DNA of 62,961 nt, the filler included, from Octopus bimaculoides (Eukaryota): the NCBI RefSeq assembly GCF_001194135.2. It is 6 parts of 4 records of this genome, joined end to end, with 100 filler letters (N's around TTAATTAATTAA, not from the genome) between each part and the next. Parts side by side here need not be neighbours in the genome. Positions count along the whole stretch, not along the records: positions 24,321 to 42,237 come from NC_068997.1; positions 42,338 to 57,065 come from NC_068985.1; 4 more parts are not named here. The stretch is one strand, 5' to 3'. Positions 38,225-50,000 of the stretch are shown piece after piece. A program made the position numbers and the translations under genes. The notes under the pieces are model-generated. The model saw only the letters and a program-made list of their open reading frames with translations, was not told the DNA's origin and made no database searches. Each line of letters begins with the position of its first letter. Position 1 is the stretch's first letter.

Positions 38225-39940
38225 CCAGGAGTAAATCTCGAGGATAAATCAGGAGCCGGAGTCCCTAAAATAGTTCGTCGTTGCAGACAACCCCGTTCTG
38301 GCAAATCCGACAACTCCACTGGTACCAAGTCGTACTGGGCCCCGCTCTTCTCTTGGATAACACTGGTGGCGGTAGAGAGGGGAAACGTGTCGCATGAGAA
38401 ACTGCCTATCTCCCACGAAAAGCTTGCCAGGCCTGCGCCCTGAAGAGGACACTCCAGCGCCGTTTAACTGCGGCGGCAAAACACGGAAAATAGCAGTCTA
38501 CCGGTTTTAACCCTACACATAATTGGCGTAAGAGCAAGGCGCCAGGGGTTGCTTTCAACGGAGGGAGAGGTCATTGTGCCTCACTGCACAGCTACCGCCC
38601 GCCTCAAGCTTGGAAGCCCCCAGCCAGTTAGGTGCTGTCCCGTCACAGCCCATCTGCTTCACTGGGTGCGTGGAGCTTAGGGAAACCAACACCCCGAATC
38701 GTGAGCTGTAAACATTGCACCAAGAAAAATGAACAAACAAACAAGCAAGCAACGCAAAAAAAACAGTATTCAGACTCGAATGTTGGAACATAAGGACCAT
38801 GACAACTGATCTATTAGAGGACCTTCAAAAGATCAGCGACACATGCAAGGCAACAATGATCAACAATGAACTGCTTCGACTCCGAGTGGACATTACAGCA
38901 CTCCAAGAAACGAGACTCCCAGACTCGGGGACCCTTTGCGAAAGAGATTATACCTTTTTCTGGCAAGAGAAAGGCACAGATGAAGTCAGAGAGCATAGTG
39001 TCGGCTTTACTGTGAAGAATTCTCTGCTAAAGTTGGTAGAACTCAACAGTGACGTTTCAGAGCGGATACTCTCACTTCGTTTGCACACTTCTGACGGGCC
39101 TATCAACCTTATCAGTGCTTATGCTCCAGCCCTCTATTCCTCACAAGACGCCAAGGATATGTTCTATGATCAGCTCCCTAGGAAAATACAGGCAATCCCA
39201 AATGGAGAACAGCTGGTGCTACTTGGCGACTTCAACGCCAGAGTGGGAGCTGATCACGACTAGTGGCCGGGGTGTCTGTGTCGGTACGAAGTTGGCAATA
39301 TGAGCGAAAACGGGCAACAGCTGCTTGAGCCCTGCATGCTCCATGAAATACGTATCACCAAAACCTACTTCCAGGCCAAAGCTCAACACAGAGTTTCCTA
39401 GCGTCACCCTTGCTCAGGGCACTGGCACCAGCTAGATTTGATTATCACAAGACGCAACCACCCGAGGAATGTTCTCCTGACTCGATCTTTTCAGAGTGCT
39501 GATTGCGACACGGACCACTCCTTGGTTTGCTGAAATATTAAACTCCAACCAAAAATGATGCATTGCGCCAAGTCCCCAAGCAAGTAGCGCATCAGTACTA
39601 CCGCAACCCAACAATCAACTAAGACAGATACATTACTCGAGACACTGGAAAACGCCCTTCTTGCAGACTCACCAGAAGGCAATGTTCAGCAGAGATGGGA
39701 CTCTCTCAAGGGACTCTCTCATCCATAGCCCTACACTGTGGGTCTTTGGGAGGAGGGGGGAGGAAAATGACACATGAGTGGTTTGAGGTGAATGTGAAAG
39801 AACTCAATACCCCCATGGAGGAGAAGCGTGCTGCTCTGCTGAAGCATAAACATCAACGCACCAGAGCAACGTTGCAAGCATTGAGATCAGCAAGGAACAG
39901 CATGCATAAGACAGTGAGACGGTGTGCAAATGTGTTTACA
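38225..39940 (+). mobile_element. 5' half of an RTE-clade LINE (GC-rich 5' UTR plus AP endonuclease), 3'-truncated
   Basis: About 500-bp GC-rich leader, then a degraded ORF; no RT domain follows. Confidence 0.9.
38770..39930 (+). pseudogene. RTE apurinic endonuclease domain with stops and frameshifts
   Basis: CWNIRTM...DITALQETR...LISAYAP...LLGDFNARVG...TYFQ...HWHQLDLII...DCDTDHSLV. Confidence 0.92.
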
Positions 39941-40416
39941 CTAATATGCATTCATTTGCTAATTAACTTGTAACCTAAACCATTCTTGGGCAAATTAAAA
40001 ATAATTTTCTTCAAATCTTCAGACAATTCTTTTCCTTTTGATGCCATTTTAACCACAATGAAGAAGATTTTCACCACGGTACACAAATCAGAATTCCTGC
40101 AGATGCAATAACAATGGCCGGTGCAAAAATGCCAGGAGAAGTAATTTATTAGAATTGAAATTATCAGCAATATCTGAATTTAGTAAAACAAAGTGGATAA
40201 AATATTGAATATAGCAAATTTCCTTAACATATTTTTGTAACGCTTTAAAATTAATACTTCGTTCATATCATTGAAAACGTTTATTGTTTTATGTTCAAAT
40301 GCATGTATAATACATTTTATTCAGCATGAATATCGTTTGATTTCCTTTGATATTATGAGAGTAATGACAATTTTACTGAAAATGTTTAGGGGTGTACATA
40401 CTTCCGTGAGATACAG
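39925..40416 (-). mobile_element. Tc1 DNA transposon, left end and transposase N-terminus
   Basis: Terminus TA-CTGTATCTCACGGAAGTATGTACACCCC (Tc1-style, TA at 40417-40418); MASKGKELSEDLKKIIFNLPKNGLGYKLISK helix-turn-helix start. Confidence 0.85.
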
Positions 40417-41124
40417 TATATATAGAGAGAGAGGGGGAGAGGGAGGGGAGAGAGAAAGGGTGTAAAGGGAGAGAAATAAAAGAATTATTCGGCTCTTTGG
40501 TTCGTTTGTCGATGAAGAGCAAACCTGTCCGCAGGAACTGATTCGAACGGCAGGATTCAGTGAACACGAACATATATTTAAAGGCGGTGATCCAGCATGG
40601 CCACAATCTGTGGCTGAAACAAGTATCAGTAAAATTATAGAACCTTGATTAAAATTCTACTCTTGCATTTCATATCTATTTCCTCAGAAAAGATTTTTCT
40701 CCTTTCAAAATACTTCACTTATTATTAATTCTAAGGCGGTGAGCTGACAGAATTGTTCGCCTGTCTTTACGTTCGGAGTTCAAATTTAACTGAGGTCGAC
40801 GTTGCCTGCCATTCTTTTGGGGTTGACAAAATAAGTACAAGTTGACTTATCCCCCTCGCCTAAAATTGCAGTGTCCACCAAGCATCTATGACACACACTC
40901 ACATATTCGCATGTACATCTAGGATCCTTTACAAAGATTCATTCTATCACTTTTGCTCCTGTCAAGGTTTTACCACTGTACAAAGAGTTTTCTAGTTTGA
41001 TGTATCACAACTTTTGCTTAGTATTTTGTGTGTGTGAGAGAGAGAGAAAAAGAAAGAGAGTGTGTGTGTGCGTGTGTGTGTGTGCGCGTGTGTGTGTGTG
41101 TGTGTGTGTGTGTTTATTTCTTAT

Positions 41125-41725
41125 CTTTTACTTGTTTCAGACGTTGGACTGCGATCATGCCGGGACACTTGAAGAGTTTTAGCCGAACAAATCGACCTCA
41201 AGACTTTTTTAAGTGAATACTCATTCTATCGGTCTCTTTTGCCAAACCACTATGTTACAGATTCGTAAACAAACCAACACCGGTTGTCAAGAGACAGATG
41301 AAGAACTGACACAAAGACAAACNNNNNNNNNNNNNNNNNNNNNNNNNNNNNNNNNNNNNNNNNNNNNNNNNNNNNNNNNNNNNNNNNNNNNNNNNNNNNN
41401 NNNNNNNNNNNNNNNNNNNNNNNNNNNNNNNNNNNNNNNNNNNNNNNNNNNNNNNNNNNNNNNNNNNNNNNNNNNNNNNNNNNNNNNNNNNNNNNNNNNN
41501 NNNNNNNNNNNNNNNNNNNNNNNNNNNNNNNNNNNNNNNNNTATATATATATATATATGTATGTATATATATATGCAACGGCCTTCTATCAATTTCCGTC
41601 TACCAAATCCATTCATAAGGCTTTGGTCGGCCGAGGCTATAGAAGATACTTACCTAAGATACCACGCTGTGGGACTGAACCCGGAACCATGTGGTTGGTA
41701 AGGAAACCTTTTACCACAAAGCCAC
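41125..41725 (-). mobile_element. SINE family A spanning an N gap at its internal microsatellite
   Basis: Tail 41125-41320, head and CORE-like part 41575-41725. Confidence 0.8.
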
Positions 41726-41809
41726 AGCTGTGCTTTCTGTCTATCTATCTAGTTATCCCCCAGCCCCCTCTCTCTCTAATATACACATACACACACTCAT
41801 GTATATATG

Positions 41810-41945
41810 GGTACAAAACTTCACCAACGATGCAAATAACATGAAATACGTAAACAACGAGAAAAAAATGAAACACAGGACAAGTAAGCACAGAAAATGG
41901 ACCCTTCACCAGTTGTCGGCTGTCTATCTACTCCTCATTTCAACT
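41810..41945 (-). repeat. Family E fragment
   Basis: Reverse complement of 35925-36050. Confidence 0.7.
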
Positions 41946-42176
41946 GACTGGTCGTAAGTCGGCCTATGGGCCTACATAGCTTTGTAATATGTAAGAAATT
42001 GGGACGACAAAGAAATAAACAATTATGTTACGACCTTCATTAGTTTACAACTCTTTCTTCTATGAGGTGCAGTGTATTGACAGTTGAGTGGTTAAATATC
42101 ACTCCATAGCTTAATCGGAGCTTCAAACATAAAGCATATGTACATTGAGTTCTAATAGAAGGTTATTAGCATATAC

Positions 42177-42234
<58 letters not shown>

Positions 42235-42237
42235 ATA

Positions 42238-42337
42238 NNNNNNNNNNNNNNNNNNNNNNNNNNNNNNNNNNNNNNNNNNNNTTAATTAATTAANNNNNNN
42301 NNNNNNNNNNNNNNNNNNNNNNNNNNNNNNNNNNNNN
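42238..42337. other. Artificial scaffold join N44-TTAATTAATTAA-N44
   Basis: Same 100-nt block. Confidence 0.95.
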
Positions 42338-42519
42338 AATATATGGTACCCTAGGCATAACACCTACATGAACTTCTAACTTGTTGTCTCTTGAGGTCTC
42401 TGGGTGAGACTTGGATCCAACTTGTACAAATGCAAAACAAAAGTCAAACATAAAATAATAATAATAATAATAATATATGTTTGTGTGTGTGTGTGTGTGT
42501 GTGTATTTATGTATGTATA

Positions 42520-43020
42520 TCTATCAAAGAGTGTGTGTTGTTCTGTCTGTTTGTCCCCCACCCCATCACCGCTTGATAACTGGTGTTTGTGTGTTTGTAT
42601 CCCCGTAACGTAGCAGTTTAGCAAAAGAGACCGATAGAATAAGCACCAGGCTTTAAAAAGTAGTACTGGAGTCGATTCATTCGACTAAAAGACTACAAGG
42701 CGGTGCCCCAGCATGGCCACAGCCTAATGACCGAAACAAGTAAAAGGTCAAAGATAAAAATTTTTAAAAAATGCAGTGGCCGTGTGGTAAGTAGCTTGCT
42801 TCCGAACCACATGGTTCCGGGTTCAGTCTCACTGCGTGGCACCTTGGGCAAGTGTCTTCTACTATAGCCTACTATAATCCCCGTAACCTAGTGGTTCGGC
42901 AAAAAAGACCGATAAAATAAGTACTAGGCTTACAAAGAGTAAGTCCTGGGGTCGATTTGCTCGACTAAAGGCGGTGCTCCAGCATGGCCGCAGTCAAATG
43001 ACTGAAACAAGTAAAAGAGT
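42520..43020 (+). mobile_element. Two adjacent SINE family A copies (tail-only, then an internally deleted copy at 42773-43020)
   Basis: The second copy joins CTACTATAGCCTACTATAA directly to TCCCCGTAACC and has a near-consensus tail. Confidence 0.85.
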
Positions 43021-43221
43021 ACATACATATAAGTATGTGTATATATGTGTGCATGTGTGCGTATGTGTGTGTGCATGTGTACGTGTGAATGTAGACACAT
43101 ACACACACACAGAAGTAAGTAAACAAACTAAAGTGACACTAAACACCTTTAATATTTACTAACAGCTCGACCCGGCTTCAAATTACTTAACATTACTTAA
43201 CATCGGTTTCAAATGTTGGTA

Positions 43222-43258
<37 letters not shown>

Positions 43259-43367
43259 NNNNNNNNNNNNNNNNNNNNNNNNNNNNNNNNNNNNNNNNNN
43301 NNNNNNNNNNNNNNNNNNNNNNNNNNNNNNNNNNNNNNNNNNNNNNNNNNNNNNNNNNNNNNNNNNN

Positions 43368-43402
<35 letters not shown>

Positions 43403-44719
43403 CTGCGCGAGCGTGCGTGTGTGTCTGTATTGTTTGACAGCCAGTTTTTGGTTGTTTACGTTCCTGTAACTTAGCAGTTCGACTTAAGAGTTCGATAAAT
43501 CAAAAAACAAACTTGATAAATACTGAGATCGTTTGTTTGACTGAAACTGAAACCTTCCGAAGTGGTGTCCCAGAATACTGTGCTATTACCTTAAAAGAAC
43601 CTCTCACATGAACTCGTGGAGCACAAAAGATCTAATACAATGCTGCTTTTTGATATTAATACTTCTTCTATTCCTAATAATGATCTTTTAATTAACAATT
43701 TGGTTATTTGTGACATCAGTGCCTGAAAAGTGTTTGCAGTTCTATATATCGTTAGCGGGAGAATCGGCTGTTAGGTCGCTTCTAGACACCTGTCACTGAA
43801 GAACCCAAAACTGGGCGAAATCACGTGAACTGAGAGTTCTGGCATCCGTAACAGACAGTTCTCGTCTGCCAATGATATAAATATGAGTGTCTTTATGCAC
43901 CACAAACTCATATAAAAGGTCCTCTCAAGGTAAACTGCGGACTATTGTGTGTTCTAACACAACGTCCACGTTACGATGGAAATAAAGATTGCCTTTTGAT
44001 ATAAATACTGTTTCTGTCGTTATTAATTATTATTAACAAATGTTTATATCATTTCAATTCGTTTTACGATTCCTTCCCAGTTGAACACTAGGCAGTATAC
44101 CTTTAAATACCTTAAAATTTAAATTCGAATAGAAATTATTTTCCCATTTGTTTTATCTAATGGTTTAATTGTATATTTATTCAATAATCATTAGCTTGAG
44201 CAAATTATCACTGATTTAATTGTATAATGCTAATTTATTTATTTACTCATTAACTTATTTATTCATTAATTTTAATTTTAAATTCCTTTGAGTTCTTCCT
44301 GATCTAAATTTTCACCCGATAATAATAATCACTCACTTTGATCTATTTATTTATTTACGTATCTGTTTCGCTTATTCATTTGGCTATTTATCTATATACT
44401 TCCACTCAATCGTTGGCAGCGTCGTTAGTGCTTTATAAATCACATAGCGATATTTGTTCTAGATCTTTGCACTCTGAGTTCAAATCCAACCGAAACGAAT
44501 TTACACTCCATTTTCTCGAGCTCAATGATTAAAATACTGGAAAGATGTTAGATTAACAGGATTGTTAGGTTGTTTTGATTTATCTGTTGAAATTCTTTGT
44601 GGTTTGATAGTAACGTTTGCAAGGCCATTGGTGCCAATTTCTTTCAGACCTAGTCTTTTTCTTCAGAAACAGCTAGCAGTGTGAATATGTAAAACTAGTA
44701 TGCATAAAAACTATTATAA

Positions 44720-44985
44720 AGACCCCTTTCGGTCATGAATGACCATGGGATTGCACCTAGAAAGTTCCCCTCGAAGGCACAAGTTCGAGCAAGGTTGTTT
44801 ATGGAAAACCAGCAGTAACCCATTCCATGCCACTGATGTTATCCCAGAGAAAAAGCAAAGTCCGATACAACTAGTAGCGTCGCAACTTATTTCTGCAGTT
44901 GAGTGAACTGGAAAAACGTGAAATAAGGAGTCTTGCTCAAGAGCACAACATGCAGCCCGGTCCGGGTTTCGAACGTAGGAACTAT
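44720..44985 (-). mobile_element. SINE family D
   Basis: Reverse complement of the 30920 copy (GACCCCTTTCGGTCATGAATGACCATGGGATTGCACCTAGAAAG...GTCTTGCTCAAGAGCACAAC). Confidence 0.8.
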
Positions 44986-47361
44986 TAATTTTCCATAAAA
45001 ATCTTGACCAGATCTATGCCTTGAAAAGCAATTTTCCGGGTTAAATTCATAGTCTTGATCCAGATAACAATCTTCTTTTCTTTTTGCTTAATCTCTACCC
45101 TCCATTTATTACCATTCCACGTCGCTCTATTTCTTTCGTTTAGGACTATCCTGCCTCTTCCTGTCTGCATAGATGTTTATATTCTTTCATCCATTGTTAA
45201 TGTCGTCTGTTTTTAACCCCTTTTCTCTTCTTCCCGCCCACTTCATTTCAACGAGTTGAAACAATCCACCTACGCTATCATTTGTATATCTTAAACTTAT
45301 CGAATTTTATAAATAATCTTTTCTATTCTAGGNNNNNNNNNNNNNNNNNNNNNNNNNNNNNNNNNNNNNNNNNNNNNNNNNNNNNNNNNNNNNNNNNNNN
45401 NNNNNNNNNNNNNNNNNNNNNNNNNNNNNNNNNNNNNNNNNNNNNNNNNNNNNNNNNNNNNNNNNNNNNNNNNNNNNNNNNNNNNNNNNNNNNNNNNNNN
45501 NNNNNNNNNNNNNNNNNNNNNNNNNNNNNNNNNNNNNNNNNNNNNNNNNNNNNNNNNNNNNNNNNNNNNNNNNNNNNNNNNNNNNNNNNNNNNNNNNNNN
45601 NNNNNNNNNNNNNNNNNNNNNNNNNNNNNNNNNNNNNNNNNNNNNNNNNNNNNNNNNNNNNNNNNNNNNNNNNNNNNNNNNNNNNNNNNNNNNNNNNNNN
45701 NNNNNNNNNNNNNNNNNNNNNNNNNNNNNNNNNNNNNNNNNNNNNNNNNNNNNNNNNNNNNNNNNNNNNNNNNNNNNNNNNNNNNNNNNNNNNNNNNNNN
45801 NNNNNNNNNNNNNNNNNNNNNNNNNNNNNNNNNNNNNNNNNNNNNNNNNNNNNNNNNNNNNNNNNNNNNNNNNNNNNNNNNNNNNNTATATATATATATA
45901 TATATATCACCTACCCCAAATTTGGAAAACAACATACTAATGTTACTGGTATGCTATTGCCATGATCATTATCTGTCATGCACATACACACACAAATATT
46001 TCCTTGAATAAATGTCAAAAGACAACATTTTAAGGAAATACAAACACCTCATCACAAAAGTAGCATAAACAACCAATAAAAAAAAGCCAGGCACACGTTG
46101 CCCAATTAGTGCACACAGAAAGCTCACCAATGAAGAAACACAAGCACTAGACCACACACACACACACACACACACTTGCATGCGCTCACACAAACGCACA
46201 CACATACGCACACATACACACACCCATGCCAAAGGATAAATGTACACCACCAATAGGGATTTGTAACAGTTCTCGCCTGAAGATTACAGTGGCATTAAAC
46301 TCAAGTCACAAACTTTTAGCTTCAGTAGTGAATATTTTGGAAACAGATGTTACTATCTCCAACTGAAGATTGCAAAGCATGTTTTCTCATGCTCAGCATG
46401 AAATCAATTGATATTGGGGTATGTTAACTATCTTCAAATTCCGTCTTGAAGGTACGCCTGTTTTTTAAAGTGTTCATTGCATTGCTTGTGTGTGTATTTA
46501 TCGTAGGATTGGTTGGTTTTGAAGCTTTAGCTTTCATTTTTGGCAAGCGGTATTTTTACCCTTCTTTTTTTTTCAAATATTTAAGGTAGAAGCCTTGCTA
46601 ACCGCCTCTTTATTACTGTTTTTAACAGTAATAATGCTTTCATATAGTTGCTTATATATNNNNNNNNNNNNNNNNNNNNNNNNNNNNNNNNNNNNNNNNN
46701 NNNNNNNNNNNNNNNNNNNNNNNNNNNNNNNNNNNNNNNNNNNNNNNNNNNNNNNNNNNNNNNNNNNNNNNNNNNNNNNNNNNNNNNNNNNNNNNNNNNN
46801 NNNNNNNNNNNNNNNNNNNNNNNNNNNNNNNNNNNNNNNNNNNNNNNNNNNNNNNNNNNNNNNNNNNNNNNNNNNNNNNNNNNNNNNNNNNNNNNNNNNN
46901 NNNNNNNNNNNNNNNNNNNNNNNNNNNNNNNNNNNNNNNNNNNNNNNNNNNNNNNNNNNNNNNNNNNNNNNNNNNNNNNNNNNNNNNNNNNNNNNNNNNN
47001 NNNNNNNNNNNNNNNNNNNNNNNNNNNNNNNNNNNNNNNNNNNNNNNNNNNNNNNNNNNNNNNNNNNNNNNNNNNNNNNNNNNNNNNNNNNNNNNNNNNN
47101 NNNNNNNNNNNNNNNNNNNNNNNNNNNNNNNNNNNNNNNNNNNNNNNNNNNNNNNNNNNNNNNNNNNNNNNNNNNNNNNNNNNNNNNNNNNNNNNNNNNN
47201 NNNNNNNNNNNNNNNNNNNNNNNNNNNNNNNNNNNNNNNNNNNNNNNNNNNNNNNNNNNNNNNNNNNNNNNNNNNNNNNNNNNNNNNNNNNNNNNNNNNN
47301 NNNNNNNNNNNNNNNNNNNNNNNNNNNNNNNNNNNNNNNNNNNNNNNNNNNNNNNNNNNNN

Positions 47362-47435
<74 letters not shown>

Positions 47436-47809
47436 TCTTCCTCTCACTGCGTCTATTTATGTATCTAAATGTAATTTTCACTTTTTCCCCACTTACTATC
47501 CAGCCCTCTGAGAGTGACGCCGGGCTTTGGGGCTGGCTGGTAAGGATCTAGGTGCTAAATCTCCGGAATATGGACTTTAAGCAATATTTTAAGACTTAAT
47601 ATCACTAATTTATGGTTTAAAGGGCCGATTTCTGTTGTGAAAGGTTCCGTGGACAAAAACTTTCAACAACCAACAATATTATCTGAGAAAAGAAAAACAC
47701 TAAAAAACCCAGTTTAATTAACTGGATAATTTATTGCAAGTTCAAACACATTCTCCAGAATTATTTTAATGAGTTCATTTATGCAGAATTGAGAATTCTC
47801 ATAACCAAA

Positions 47810-48170
47810 ACCAAACATGCATTACATGCTATTTTTAAAGCAAGCCAATTGTCCCTGCAAATTCGCTCTCAATACTAAGGATGTGTGAGTTATTCAGTCT
47901 TTCCTGTGTCACCATGCTCCTCAAAAAGCTTCTCTTAGGTTTTAATTTACAGAAAGATTTCTCAGCAGAGTCTACTCTAACTAGCAATGTGCAAAATATT
48001 CACATGGCAATTACATTCAGAAAAATGTCTTTTTACTCACGTATTTTTATTGCACTTAAATGTTGCTGTGAATCCCCCTAAACAATCACCACATTTTAAA
48101 TTGCTGCACTTCCTCTTATACGTATTCTCAAACATTGCTTGGACATTTGACCAATAATATTATCTGCGTA
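47810..48170 (-). pseudogene. hAT transposase C-terminal dimerisation domain remnant
   Basis: Minus strand: DIFLNVIAM*IFCTLLVRVDSAEKSFCKLKPKRSFLRSMVTQERLNNSHILSIE, compared with the consensus FPN...L.T.PVT.ASAERSFSKLK..K..LRSTM.QERL...ILSIE. Confidence 0.8.
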
Positions 48171-48174
48171 AAGT

Positions 48175-48390
48175 TAAGGCAGCGAGCTGGCAGAATCGTT
48201 ACAGCGCCGGACAAAATTCTTTGCGGCATTACATTCTGAGTTCACATTCCGCCGAGGTCGACTTTGCCCTTCATCCTTTCGGAGTTGATAAAATAAGTAT
48301 CAGTTATGCACTGGGGTCGATGTATTCGATGTATTCGACTTACCGCACCCCCGAAATTGCTTACCTTGTGCCAAAATTTGAAACCAATAT
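48175..48390 (+). mobile_element. SINE family B
   Basis: GGCAGCGAGCTGGCAGAATCGTTA...GCCGAGGTCGACTTTGCC. Confidence 0.85.
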
Positions 48391-48734
48391 TGATATTAAA
48401 AAAAAAGAAACAAAGCCTGGCAGAATGATTGTGTTTGTAGTGTCAAATCACTTGGATACTCCAAATCAATGAAAATAAAGAAGATATTCCGTATGAATTT
48501 TATGCAGATTCATCAGAATCTGCATCTGAATTTTCTCAGATATATTTACTTACTCTAAGTTCATGACAGTAAAACGTATCCTCTGCTTGATTCAGTCATT
48601 TGACTGCTGCTACGCTGGGACACAACCTTGAATTTTTAGTCGAACAAATCACGCCCAGGATTTCTATATTTTTAAGCCTGGTATATATGCCATCGGTGTC
48701 TTTTGCAAACCGCTAAGCTACTGGGACACAAACA

Positions 48735-48887
48735 CCTGGGTTCTCATTCCTAAGGTATTTTTCAATGTTATTATTATTATTATTATTATTATTATCATTA
48801 TTATTATCATTATTATTATTATTCAGGTCACTGCCTGGAATCGATCTCGGAATCTTGGGGTTAGTAGCCTACGCTCTTAACCACTAC
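48735..48887 (-). mobile_element. Composite fragment: tRNA-like head, (AAT)n, start of the hammerhead module
   Basis: Minus strand: GTAGTGGTTAAGAGCGTAGGCTACTAACCCCAAGATTCCGAGATCGATTCC...(AAT)n-AACATTGAAAAATACCTTAGGAATGAGAACCCAGG. Confidence 0.7.
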
Positions 48888-49037
48888 AGATTCAAAAAAT
48901 AAACTTGTCAATCTACTTCATTTTTTTAACCTGTGGAAGGTACGCTGGATGCCGAAATATCGTTCACTTGATAACAATGACACTCTTCTTTTTTTTTTTT
49001 TGCTTCTGGAGGAGTTACCTCAATCCTATAAAAAAAA

Positions 49038-49081
<44 letters not shown>

Positions 49082-49091
49082 NNNNNNNNNN

Positions 49092-49123
<32 letters not shown>

Positions 49124-49130
<7 letters not shown>

Positions 49131-49272
49131 TCGAAAAATACCTTAGGAATGAGAACCCAGGTTCAAACTTTCCCCAGGACACCTGAAGAAGGCTGGAGGG
49201 TATATCAGCCAAAACGTTGTGTTAACAACAAACAAGATGAGGACAAATATCCGTCGAATGTAAATAATGTAA
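49124..49272 (+). mobile_element. Penelope-terminal module with minimal hammerhead (49179-49222; GAAA mutated to AAAA), preceded by (AAT)n
   Basis: ACAC-CTGAAGA-A-GGCTG...CAGCC-AAAA-CG-TT-GTGT; tail matches 60525-60580 just downstream of a GIY-YIG ORF. Confidence 0.75.
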
Positions 49273-49809
49273 ACCATTGTCTACTCTCACTTTTTTCCAC
49301 TTAGAGTTCTGCCTTTGAGAACAAATACTGAAAACTTTTGTTCTGTAAAATCATTAGGAAAATATTTGGAGTGAATCAGGGGTCTTTCTGAACCATGTCT
49401 ATGCACAACAAAATTAGATTTTGAGTTAGAAGCAGCTCCAGTAATGTAAACATTATTGATGGCACACATGTGACGCATCAGCAGATAGGTTTTACACGTT
49501 TTGCATATATCACAAACCAACGACGTGAATTCGTTTCAAGGGTCACTCGAATATACGACACTGATGACTATAAAATAATAGCAAAATATCGCTATATGTC
49601 ACCCTCATTCACCTCAGGGGCAATTCGTTTTGCTTGGTCTTTGAGGTATACAATATATTTTAACACTACTCTTAAAGGGACTTTACCTGGATGAAATACC
49701 ACAGCTTAAAATCATTTAGACAAAAAACGTACATTATGTATATGGCATCAATAATGTTTCCATATCTATGCATTTTTTAGTAGGGTATCCAATGGGCAAA
49801 GTTTAATAC

Positions 49810-50000
49810 TGATTTCAAATTTTGGCACAAAGCCAGCAATATCGAGAGAGGAGAGAAGTCAATGTAATCGACTCCAGTATTCAACTAGTACTTATTTTAT
49901 CGACCCCAAAAGTATGAAAGGCAAAGTCGATCTCGGCGAACGAAATGCCACTGAACATTTTTCCCGACGTGCTAACGATTCTGCCAGCTCACCATCTTAG
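49810..50000 (-). mobile_element. SINE family B
   Basis: GGCAAAGTCGATCTCGGCG...CGTGCTAACGATTCTGCCAGCTCACC. Confidence 0.75.

Noticed and set aside
43793-43835. CTGAAGA-ACCCAAAACTGGGC-GAAA-TCACGTGA hammerhead-like string
   Set aside because: No valid NUH triplet or stem I in register
48044-48166. Minus-strand exon with good AG and GTGAGT signals
   Set aside because: Stops occur in all frames from the acceptor, and the region is better explained as hAT transposase relic
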